This document shows positions 17,797-25,879 of a stretch of DNA of 39,433 bases, one piece after another (the stretch's first letter is position 1; each line of letters starts with the position of its first letter). Source of the DNA: a virus (lineage: Duplodnaviria > Caudoviricetes). The position numbers and the translations under genes are program-made. Location of the stretch: positions 1-39,433 of IMG/VR virus record IMGVR_UViG_3300027819_000028. One strand, given 5' to 3'. The notes beneath the pieces were generated by a model. It searched no databases, was not told where the DNA came from, and saw nothing but the letters and a program-made list of their open reading frames with translations.

Positions 17797-19001
17797 TTGC
17801 GCAAGAGAGCGCCATGCGCTTCTGGTCTCATGTCAAAGTTGCGGGACCGGATGAGTGCTGGGAATGGCAGCGTTCATTCAAACATTATCCCCAGTATTCC
17901 ATAGATGCCAAGCCGTGGAAGGCATGGCAGGTGGCATATATGTTGCTTCGTGGGGATTTGCCCAGCAAGCCAATTCGCCTGAGTTGTCGCAATCACGCTT
18001 GCGTCAACCCGGCTCATGTCATTCTCAGACCACCACCGCGCGCGAAGACTCCTCGAATATCTCGCGTGAAAACTGAAAAAGTGGACCTTTTCTACATTAG
18101 CACCAATGCGGCAATTTGCCCAAACTGTGGACAGATTGCTGCATTGGTCAACGATGGATTAGTGCTATTTTGCCGCCACTGCAAAACATATCTCGCCGAC
18201 TATCCGTCAAGCCCGCGCAAAGCAGAAATCTTGAAAAAACGAGATGCGGGAGAGAGTCTCGATAAAATCGGCCAGGCGATGGGAATAACCCGCGAACGGG
18301 TCTCCCAGATTCTTGGCCCACCGCGCACCCGAGGCATTGGAACCGTTCGACAGACAAAGAAGTCTACTAATAGTCGTCGATTGATGATCTATCGATGGAT
18401 CGTTCAAAACGGTTGGCCAGATCGTGGCAGACTTAGCGAGATTGCAAACGATCTTGGCATGGAATCCAAGCACCTCGGCCGCGATCTGGAAATAATCGCC
18501 GCGAGCATTCCCCTGGCAAGGGAAATTGCCGGTTTCACAGATGCACCGTCGTCTGAAATCGCAGAAGATAAGGAACTTCGCGTTGCAAACGATCTTGGCG
18601 CCGGACTCACTAAAGCCGCCCGCCTCATCGTTGCCCGAGAGATCATTGCCGACTGGCCCGACTGCCCTAGTCGATTCCTCGGCGAGGCTCTCGGCGTAAC
18701 GATGCGGTCCGGCCAGCGCTATCTCAAAGAGGTCCCTGAGATCGAGCGCCTGGCCGGACCGATCCGCGAGCAGGTCCTCGCGCACCGCGATCCCGACTGG
18801 CTCGGCGATGACGATGTTGTGGCCAGTTTCGGTTGGTCGTTGTCATCCCTCAGAGCGCTGGGTCGCAGGCTACCCGATGCCCGACGACTCTTCAATGGGC
18901 GGCGGGTTTGGCACGCGCCGACGCTTCAGGCGTATATCGAAAGTCCTTCATCCTTCCGAGAAGGAAAGGATCGTGGCCCCGTCCTTCACCCTCGGAGATG
19001 A
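17793..19001 (+). CDS. Degenerate HNH-like domain fused to a zinc ribbon and HTH domains
   Basis: RFWSHV..DECWEW..C.N.ACVNPAH (HNH homing endonuclease-like), CPNC..CRHC ribbon, sigma region-4-like HTH (GESLDKIGQAMGITRERVSQI), further HTH-like segments. Confidence 0.65.
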   Translation: MIAQESAMRFWSHVKVAGPDECWEWQRSFKHYPQYSIDAKPWKAWQVAYMLLRGDLPSKPIRLSCRNHACVNPAHVILRPPPRAKTPRISRVKTEKVDLFYISTNAAICPNCGQIAALVNDGLVLFCRHCKTYLADYPSSPRKAEILKKRDAGESLDKIGQAMGITRERVSQILGPPRTRGIGTVRQTKKSTNSRRLMIYRWIVQNGWPDRGRLSEIANDLGMESKHLGRDLEIIAASIPLAREIAGFTDAPSSEIAEDKELRVANDLGAGLTKAARLIVAREIIADWPDCPSRFLGEALGVTMRSGQRYLKEVPEIERLAGPIREQVLAHRDPDWLGDDDVVASFGWSLSSLRALGRRLPDARRLFNGRRVWHAPTLQAYIESPSSFREGKDRGPVLHPRR

Positions 19002-19201
19002 AGGACAATCGTCTTCATTTCCCTACACCGGGGGCAGCGCACCGTGACCTGTGCCTGCCCCTCCGTGATGGACTCGAATCCACCCTGATTCATGACTAAA
19101 ACCCCGTTCGCCGTGACCACCCCGAGCCAGCGCTTACACGGATTCCCGTCCTGCATGATTGTATCACAGTGCCATAAGCCGTTCACGTCCACGGTCGCCA
19201 T
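18986..19201 (-). CDS. Com-like zinc-finger protein
   Basis: C..C.R.LG N-terminal and VRCPRC C-terminal knuckles, as in Mu Com-type regulators; RBS AGGAG. Confidence 0.55.
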   Translation of the reverse strand: MATVDVNGLWHCDTIMQDGNPCKRWLGVVTANGVLVMNQGGFESITEGQAQVTVRCPRCREMKTIVLHLRG

Positions 19202-19222
19202 ACCGCTTTCTCCTACTTGCCT

Positions 19223-19690
19223 GCTTCGCCTCTGCTACGCCTCGCCTCGCGACGCTTCGCCTCTGCTGTGCGACGCTGAGCCCTGCCCTGCTCCGCCTCT
19301 GCCATGCTACGCCCTGCTCCGCCGTTGCTGTGCCTTGCTACGCGATGCCCTGCCTCTGCTGCGTCCTTCCGCCGAAGGACCGTGCCTCGCCTTTGCTTTG
19401 CCATGCCGTGCGGTGCCTAACCCTGCTGCGTCCTTCCGCCGAAGGACTGCGCCTCGGCGGCGTCCTTCAGCGGAAGGACCATGCCCAGCTTCGCATCTGC
19501 CATGCTAGGCTTTGCTCTGCCGCTGCTACGCCATTGCTCTGCTGAGCCACGCCCCGCTATGCCTCTGCTGCGCGCTTCGGCTGAATCCTTCCGCTGAAGG
19601 ATGAAGGACTACGCCGTGACCGGCCTCTGTGGTATCCAATGCCGCCGTTGCGTCCTTCACCCTGAAGGTGAAGGACTATACTGCGCCTCT
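19223..19690 (-). repeat. 5-nt-periodic NN-[G/A]GC array, candidate guide ncRNA of the adjacent RAMP protein
   Basis: 19223-19566 parses with no leftover bases into 46 pentamers (GC[C/T/G]NN on +, one ACCCT), 11 hexamers (GCCTCT x5 and variants) and three 16-bp palindromes. Degenerate units continue to ~19690. Confidence 0.85.
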
Positions 19691-20292
19691 AGGCTGTGGT
19701 CTAGCTGCTCTAACGTGTACCCGAACACTCCAAAGCCGCCATTTCTGAACTGGCCCAGCCCACGCAGTTGGCCGTAGTCCAACCACTCGCCAAGCAGCGC
19801 TTCGCTTACGCCGCCGAGCACCAGTATCTCGCACTCTAACCGTGTCCCGGCTGGACAGGTGTCCGACCGGGCTAGCGCGATACGCTCCCCCTGCGCTGTG
19901 TGCGCCCGTAGTGGCCGCTCAAACACGCCTAGACTAGCACCATCAGGCAGGAGCAGCGGTATCTGCCTTGGCTCTACGAATACCAGCCCGTCGACGATCT
20001 TTTTGAACGCCCTTACTTCTTTCGACAACGTGCCCGGGACCCGTGAGAGCATGCTGGCCGCGTCTTTGAAATAGCCTTTGATCACGTAATTGAAAACTAT
20101 TGGCTGGCCGTCAACCATGTGGAACCCCGTCCAGCCGGTTTGCTCGATCTGTTCCACTGACTCGATCTCATCGCTAGTATCAGTCCCTACCGGGGCTTTT
20201 GACGCGATATAGCTCGCGTACACCTCCTTGTCTTTCGCTACCGTGCCAAGCAATGCCTCCTTAAACATGAATGTTACCTTGTACTTCTGCAT
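19657..20292 (-). CDS. Solo Cas7-like RAMP superfamily protein
   Basis: N-terminal strand then LLGT, IKGYFKDA helix, ERPLRA..GERIALARSD..PAGT segment, and the C-terminal RAMP glycine loop YGQLRGLGQFRNGGFGVF. No other cas genes or CRISPR array in the window. Confidence 0.8.
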   Translation of the reverse strand: MQKYKVTFMFKEALLGTVAKDKEVYASYIASKAPVGTDTSDEIESVEQIEQTGWTGFHMVDGQPIVFNYVIKGYFKDAASMLSRVPGTLSKEVRAFKKIVDGLVFVEPRQIPLLLPDGASLGVFERPLRAHTAQGERIALARSDTCPAGTRLECEILVLGGVSEALLGEWLDYGQLRGLGQFRNGGFGVFGYTLEQLDHSLEAQYSPSPSG

Positions 20293-20321
20293 TCATTCCC
20301 TCCTTTTTTCAGTCGTTTCAG

Positions 20322-20755
20322 TCATTCCCCCAACCTCTTCTCCGGCTTCACACCCCCGTTACGCCGACAGTGGCCGATGCTCTTCCTCAGGCCGTTTAGA
20401 CGCCGCCGTGCTCGTGCCTCCGAGCCGGGTATGCGGTCCCATTGCACCGTGTAGTGGCAGGACAGGCCCACGCAATCGTGGCACGTCAGAGATTCGACAT
20501 AGAAACTGACCTGAGTCATAACTGCGCCTCAAAGCACCGCCGCATAGCCCGCTTGATTGCTGTCATCAGCCGCTCGTCTCGTTTCCCCCGTTCACCGTAC
20601 CAGCTTAGTAGCACGCGACAAATATGGTCGTCGCGGTTGGCAGGACAAACGCAGGACCATGTATCCGTCTTGGCAGTGGTTTCGTCGCTCAATCCTGTTC
20701 TCCTTTCGCCATTTCTGCCAATTTCTCCTTCATATTGCTCAAGGCCACTTCGCAT
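20322..20755 (-). other. Two small hypothetical genes (20322-20519, 20516-~20755)
   Basis: Overlapping stop/start ORFs with Cys motifs. Confidence 0.4.
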
Positions 20756-21087
20756 CTTGGCACACCGCCCTTCTCATAGACCTTGGTCAGTCGTAAGTCC
20801 ACCACATCGTTATCATCGAAATGGAAACAAGCAGCCAAAGAATCAAGCAACAGCTTACAGCCATTGTCAATATCCCAACGTCGCCGACTAGTCAGCACCC
20901 ACCGCACCTGTAACCGTAACGGTATCTGAACCACCCTGATCTCTTCTCGCTCCCACAACTCGTAAACCGCAAGGGTTACCGCGTCCTGGAACTCCCTTGC
21001 CGATGCTGACTTGTATACCTGCCCGTTTCTGCCCCTCCTGTAAATATGGTTCACACTAGGAGGGATTGGTAACTTTAGCCGTATCAA
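20689..21087 (-). CDS. rusA: RusA family Holliday junction resolvase
   Basis: PPSVN.IYR, RR.DIDN..K.LLDSL and DD..V catalytic motifs. Confidence 0.88.
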   Translation of the reverse strand: MIRLKLPIPPSVNHIYRRGRNGQVYKSASAREFQDAVTLAVYELWEREEIRVVQIPLRLQVRWVLTSRRRWDIDNGCKLLLDSLAACFHFDDNDVVDLRLTKVYEKGGVPRCEVALSNMKEKLAEMAKGEQD

Positions 21088-21103
21088 CTCAATTGCCTCC
21101 TAA

Positions 21104-21358
21104 TCAGTGTAGTGCCGTCGGTATCTTCGGCCAGCCACGCTCAGCACCACAAAACTTGCACACCCCGATTCCTCGCTCCTCGTCGTAAACGAGGTGGTGA
21201 GCTCGCGTCGGACTAGCGGCGCATTTCCACAAACCCTTTTTGAGATAGTCTTTCATCTCGGCCCGGCTTCCCAGCTCGTCATGCCGAGGGAAGGTCCTTC
21301 TTAGAAGGATGGCTTCTTCCAGTCCGGGAATGGACGTTCCCTGTCCCTGTCCCACCAA
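21104..21358 (-). CDS. Hypothetical protein (C..SP..AHH..C..CG motif)
   Basis: ORF with a Cys/His cluster; the true start may be near 21256. Confidence 0.45.
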   Translation of the reverse strand: MVGQGQGTSIPGLEEAILLRRTFPRHDELGSRAEMKDYLKKGLWKCAASPTRAHHLVYDEERGIGVCKFCGAERGWPKIPTALH

Positions 21359-21666
21359 CGATAGCGCCAGCCTTGAAAACCCTGAATGTACTCATCAATG
21401 GTCACCGCTATGGCCCCGTCCTCTCGCACGAGACTGAAGCGATGTGTAGGCCATTCACTCTGAACATCAATCCGTACTAGGGGAGCGTACCCGCGTAGTT
21501 TACCGTGAGCCACGATATAGACACGCTCGCCCTTGCGAATCTTGGGCGTGGCGCCGCCAAGATAGAAATCGTACACCCGCCCTGACCATTCATCACCAGG
21601 CAAGTCGCCTTCTTCGATCCATTCTTCCCAACGACCCTTGGGGACGGTTACGACTAGATCAGACAT
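21301..21666 (-). CDS. ASCH/PUA-like domain protein
   Basis: GERVYIV..G.LRGY and GFQGWRY motifs resemble ASCH/EVE-like folds. Confidence 0.5.
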   Translation of the reverse strand: MSDLVVTVPKGRWEEWIEEGDLPGDEWSGRVYDFYLGGATPKIRKGERVYIVAHGKLRGYAPLVRIDVQSEWPTHRFSLVREDGAIAVTIDEYIQGFQGWRYRWWDRDRERPFPDWKKPSF

Positions 21667-21828
21667 ACCTATCTCTGTCCTCTCTTCCGGTTCTGCCGCG
21701 CGGTCTTTCGTCGCTTCCTGATTGCCTGTATCCCCGCGGTCGGCATAGGATAAGACTGAATAGCAGTGGTCCTTCCGCTGAAGGACCGCGCCTTGATCGC
21801 CGCTATGACCGCTTCTGGCGCTAGGCTG

Positions 21829-22059
21829 CTAGGTAGTTGCATGGTCGGCCTCCCTTGATTCCATATGCACTTTTATCAGGGCAAAATTGGCAATAGCGAG
21901 GGCCTGCATTGCATCAGCCACTGAAATACCCTCGGACCGAAACAACTCGCCGATACGCCTTGCGAAGTCATCCGCCGTACTATGATCTGCAATAGCACGC
22001 AATCTGTTGCTTTCCACCATATAAGCAGCTATGTCTGCTGAGGAAAGCCTTTTAGGCAT
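21829..22059 (-). CDS. Hypothetical protein
   Basis: Starts at the AAGGAGGCCGACCATG junction motif. Confidence 0.55.
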   Translation of the reverse strand: MPKRLSSADIAAYMVESNRLRAIADHSTADDFARRIGELFRSEGISVADAMQALAIANFALIKVHMESREADHATT

Positions 22060-22465
22060 GGTCGGCCTCCTTCACTGCATTCACTAACTTAATCAGAGCG
22101 TCAGCCTGCTTGTTAGCATTTCTTTCATTCGACCATCTACTCTCAACGCTATAAGGGCGAGGAGCGTTAACGAACTCCCTAGCGGCATCAACCACCAGTT
22201 GCATGGCGTCGATAGTGGCAAGCAGGTTCGGGATATCCATACGAGCATGGGCAATGAAGTCCTGATCACCCCGCCATGCGAGCACTTCGGCAACGCGCAA
22301 ATCTGCTTCTTTAGGATTGGCACTGCCCGTCAGTATGTCAAAATGCCTAACCGTGCTGGCGTGGTCCAGTCGGTATGGATGCCGAGCGAACCACGGCCCC
22401 GCTGTTGCCTTCTTCTCTCGTTCCCGCACCACCTCAATCTCGGCTTTGGTCAGCACTCTAGGCAT
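22052..22465 (-). CDS. Ead/Ea22-like phage protein
   Basis: ATAGPW...DQDFIAHAR.DIP.LLA motif; start MPRVL at 22465. Confidence 0.6.
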   Translation of the reverse strand: MPRVLTKAEIEVVREREKKATAGPWFARHPYRLDHASTVRHFDILTGSANPKEADLRVAEVLAWRGDQDFIAHARMDIPNLLATIDAMQLVVDAAREFVNAPRPYSVESRWSNERNANKQADALIKLVNAVKEADHA

Positions 22466-22611
22466 GGTCGGCTTCCTTACACTGACACTCGACTGACCAC
22501 ACGTCGATGAGGCTCGGAAATACATAAAAGATTGTCATCTTCATGCGCAGGTACGCTACCCAGGGCATCCAGAGGTTATTACTGCATACCTGGCCGGTGT
22601 CAGCGCAGCAG

Positions 22612-23229
22612 CTACAGCTCATGGTCGGCCTCCCCTTTCACAGCATCCCGCAGAAGATACCAATTGTCCTTCCACGCGGCACTATTTGGGTCATCTGCGA
22701 GTGCCGCCTTGACCACAGTTTCTAGTCTGATTAACCTCTCATGTTCCTCGGCATAGTCCTGTCCGGTGGTGTTGGCAAGAGCGGCATCAATTGCATCGTT
22801 CACATTATCACTGACGCCGATCGAGCCAAGTTCGTGCGCAGCCATACGAAGTGCTTCCCTCGCCTGTGCTGCCCATGCCTGAGAGGCGGCTAGTTCACGC
22901 TGCAACTGTGCAATCACTAGGGCATCGGCATCTAACCCCGGTAGCAACTCAGCAGTTTCCGTCCGAGCCTCATCCCCATCATGATCTCCGACACAACCAT
23001 CGGGTGTGCCATCCTCTAGGTAGACCCTCAAACATCGGCAGATATCATCATCGTCGTCACTCATGTACTTCACCATGCAGCCTTGTTCTGTGTGGTATGA
23101 TCGCAGGTGTCCGCACCTCGAGCAGTAGTGGTCCTCAGTCTCATCCACATCGTTGTACGGATTCTCTAGCGCCGCTTTTAGCCTTTCCTCACTCTTACCC
23201 GCTTGGTAGGTCGCGTTGTCCTCAGTCAT
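22612..23229 (-). CDS. Hypothetical protein with a Cys/His module and coiled coil
   Basis: CGHLRS.H...GC...ICRC.R...DG.VGDHD module, shared with 37751-37972. Confidence 0.6.
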   Translation of the reverse strand: MTEDNATYQAGKSEERLKAALENPYNDVDETEDHYCSRCGHLRSYHTEQGCMVKYMSDDDDDICRCLRVYLEDGTPDGCVGDHDGDEARTETAELLPGLDADALVIAQLQRELAASQAWAAQAREALRMAAHELGSIGVSDNVNDAIDAALANTTGQDYAEEHERLIRLETVVKAALADDPNSAAWKDNWYLLRDAVKGEADHEL

Positions 23230-23856
23230 CGGTCGGCACCTCCATCTCCAGTACTTCCGCTAGCAGGTCCATCGTCCTGCCTATCTGCTCGGTACTTATC
23301 TGAGCCACTAGTACCCCGACCGAGTTGACCACGGTCCCTGTCCACATCGGATCATCAGCGGTCGGCTCGAACAAACGTATGATGTATGTTGATGCCCGCC
23401 TAAGCTGCTCGTCACTCAATCTTTTTGCCTCCTCTCAATCTGATGAATCCAGTTTCTTGGGCGCCTGCACGGTCATTTCCTGCTCACAACAACTGACCAC
23501 ACCATCGCCCGCCTTGGTGCATAGCACCTCCGTGCCGCACTTCTCACACCTGTGCCGCTTGCCTAGTTGGTTACTCAATCCCTTGCCTCCTTCTTGATTC
23601 GGAACCTGTGCCCGCCGTAGCCTGCAAACTCCGTCCAGCCGTCACTTCCGCCTATGATTCCACCATACTGAGTAGCAAAGCCGCAATCGAATTTCTCACC
23701 GCAGATGCGGAAGAAGCTATTGTCCTCAAACCTCATGTCGATAATGGTTGTCTCAAACGGGACATCTCCCTCGTCGTCTCCGAAGTCCTCTAACGTGCCA
23801 CCAATGAAGTCGTCTTTCTTGGCTATTAGTTGCTCCCAGATGGTCTGCCTATCCAT
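23222..23856 (-). other. Small hypothetical genes (23222-23419, a ~55 aa CxxC ORF, 23575-23856)
   Basis: Coupled ORFs with RBS motifs directly downstream of dnaB. Confidence 0.5.
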
Positions 23857-23866
23857 TCTCTCCTCC

Positions 23867-25243
23867 TTAGTCCTGCCAGTACCCCGGCTCTCGGTGTAAC
23901 TCTATCGCCCTAAATGTCGTGCTCTGCTCGCGAAAGACGAGACTGCATTGACCCGTCGGCCCGTTGCGGTGCTTGGCGACGATGATATCGGCTATCCCCT
24001 TCGGGTAGGGCTTGAGCGGGTTCTTGCGCGACCACTCGTCCTCATTGCTGTAGTGGTCCTCGCGGTAGATGAACAGCACCACATCGGCGTCTTGCTCAAG
24101 GTCGCCCGATTCTCTCAGGTCGCTCAGCATCGGGACGTGCGGCACCCGATTCTCGACGGCCCGGCTCAGTTGGGCGCAGACCAGCACCGGGACATCGACC
24201 TCGCGCGCCAGCCCCTTCAGCGCCCGGCTTATCTGCCCGACTTCTTGCGTCCGGTTCTCGTGCCGTCCCGAGCCGTGGACGAGACCCACGTAGTCGACGA
24301 TCACTAGGTCGAGGCCATACCTGTCCTTGAGCAACTTCGCCTTGGCTCGAATGTCGCTCACCCGCTGGCTTGCCGAGTCGTCGACGAAGATCGCGGCCTC
24401 GGAGAGTTCCCCCATCGCTTCGAGTACCCGCCTTTCCTCGGCCTCGTGCAATCGCCCCAGCATGAGGCGCTGAAGGTCGACGCCCCCATAGCCTGCCATC
24501 AACCGCTGGGCCAGTTGGCCGCGGCTCATCTCCAAGCTGAAAATGCCGACGTGGGCCTGCTCGCGTAGTGCAGCGTGCCGTGCGATGTCGAGGACAAAAC
24601 TGGTCTTCCCCATTCCGGGCCGGGCTGCCATGATGATTAGGTCGCTCGCATGGAGGCCCCCAAGGATACGGTCGAGGTCAACAAAGCCCGTCAGCAGCCG
24701 GGAAGCCTCTTTGCGTTCGCCTTTGGGTGCAGTCATTTCCTCGGCGCAGCCGTCGAGGATTTCCCTGATGTGGACGAAGCCCTTCACGTCCTGCCCGTCC
24801 CGCAGGGCGTACAACAATTCGTCAGCCTTTCCCAATGTCCCCTCGGTGTCGGCGTTGGCCTCGTAGCCCAGCCGTACGATCTGCCCGCCTGCCTGAATGA
24901 GGCGCCGCATCAGCGCCGTGCGAGCCACGATCTTGGCGTAGTGCTCGGCGTGCATCGAGGTCGGCACCACGGATACGCACTCGGCCAGATAGGCTGCTCC
25001 CCCAACCTCGTCTAGCTTGCCGTCGCGCTCGAGCTCGTGGGCCACAGTGATTTGGTTCATCGCTTCGGCCCGGTCATACAAGGCTTGGCAGGCAGCATAT
25101 ATCCAGCCGTGCTTGTCGCGGAAGAAATCGCCGGGCTTGAGCAGCAGCGACAGACCCACCATGCAGTTGCCGTCGATCAGCAGCGAGCCGATGACAGACT
25201 GTTCGGCGGCGGCATCGAAAGGTGGGAGTTTGTCGAGGGTCAT
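23867..25243 (-). CDS. dnaB: Replicative DNA helicase DnaB
   Basis: PPFDAAAEQSVIGSLL N-domain, Walker A AARPGMGKT, IVDYVGL, QLSRAVE, SDLRESGDLEQDAD, AKHRNGPTG. Confidence 0.97.
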   Translation of the reverse strand: MTLDKLPPFDAAAEQSVIGSLLIDGNCMVGLSLLLKPGDFFRDKHGWIYAACQALYDRAEAMNQITVAHELERDGKLDEVGGAAYLAECVSVVPTSMHAEHYAKIVARTALMRRLIQAGGQIVRLGYEANADTEGTLGKADELLYALRDGQDVKGFVHIREILDGCAEEMTAPKGERKEASRLLTGFVDLDRILGGLHASDLIIMAARPGMGKTSFVLDIARHAALREQAHVGIFSLEMSRGQLAQRLMAGYGGVDLQRLMLGRLHEAEERRVLEAMGELSEAAIFVDDSASQRVSDIRAKAKLLKDRYGLDLVIVDYVGLVHGSGRHENRTQEVGQISRALKGLAREVDVPVLVCAQLSRAVENRVPHVPMLSDLRESGDLEQDADVVLFIYREDHYSNEDEWSRKNPLKPYPKGIADIIVAKHRNGPTGQCSLVFREQSTTFRAIELHREPGYWQD

Positions 25244-25878
25244 AGTAGAACCTCTTGGCGTAAGCGATTGGCGGCCAGTTCACAGTAGCGTTCCTCTACC
25301 TCAATACCGATTGCACTGCGTCCTAAATCTTTGGCCGCTCGTAGAGTTGTACCGCTGCCCATGAAGGGGTCCAGAATCGTCTCGCAAAGATTGCCACGCT
25401 GTTTATCAGCGAATGTAATACAGGCTTTTATAAGGCGCAATGGTTTCTGTGTTGGGTGGCATGCACCATCCAACAGCAACTCAACTCTGTTAAAGGTGAA
25501 CACCCTGAGAGCGCAGTTAAACGACGTGAACGCGAGTTCGCCGTCCGAACCACAAATACGCTGTCCTTTGTCCCAAAACAGCCATCCCATACTCGGGGGC
25601 AGATACGCAGGAAAGTAGTTTGCGCCCCACACGATTTGGTGGTCTGACATAGAGAAGAGCAAGTCAAACATTTCCTTGCAGGGCGGCATGGTGTCCCATC
25701 CCATAAATTTGTAGGCTTTCCGCCCCCCGTGCGAACCCGTACTACGATACCCGCCATCTCGCCCGATGCCATATGGGGGGTCGGTAAGTAATAGGTTAAA
25801 GTGTCCTAGTTCCAGAAGGATATCCTCGCAACGTCCGTGGTATATGGTCACTCCCCCACGCTCGTAATAGGGCTTCAT
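25240..25878 (-). CDS. DNA methyltransferase, N6-adenine/N4-cytosine (beta class)
   Basis: TDPPYG, HPTQKP and DPFMGSGTT motifs in beta order; the likely start is MKPYY at 25878. Confidence 0.92.
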   Translation of the reverse strand: MKPYYERGGVTIYHGRCEDILLELGHFNLLLTDPPYGIGRDGGYRSTGSHGGRKAYKFMGWDTMPPCKEMFDLLFSMSDHQIVWGANYFPAYLPPSMGWLFWDKGQRICGSDGELAFTSFNCALRVFTFNRVELLLDGACHPTQKPLRLIKACITFADKQRGNLCETILDPFMGSGTTLRAAKDLGRSAIGIEVEERYCELAANRLRQEVLL

Positions 25879-25879
25879 G

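Noticed and set aside
19092-19545. ORFs 19092-19508(+), 19159-19545(+) and 19213-19404(-) over the periodic array
   Set aside because: Their low-complexity Arg/Ala/Cys/Leu translations follow from the 5-nt GC repeat lacking stops; period 5 with +1 shifts does not fit codon-level selection.
19223-19690. Canonical CRISPR array next to the Cas7-like gene
   Set aside because: There are no 25-45 bp identical repeats with regular unique spacers, the palindromes are irregularly spaced, and no cas1/2/5/6 genes are present.
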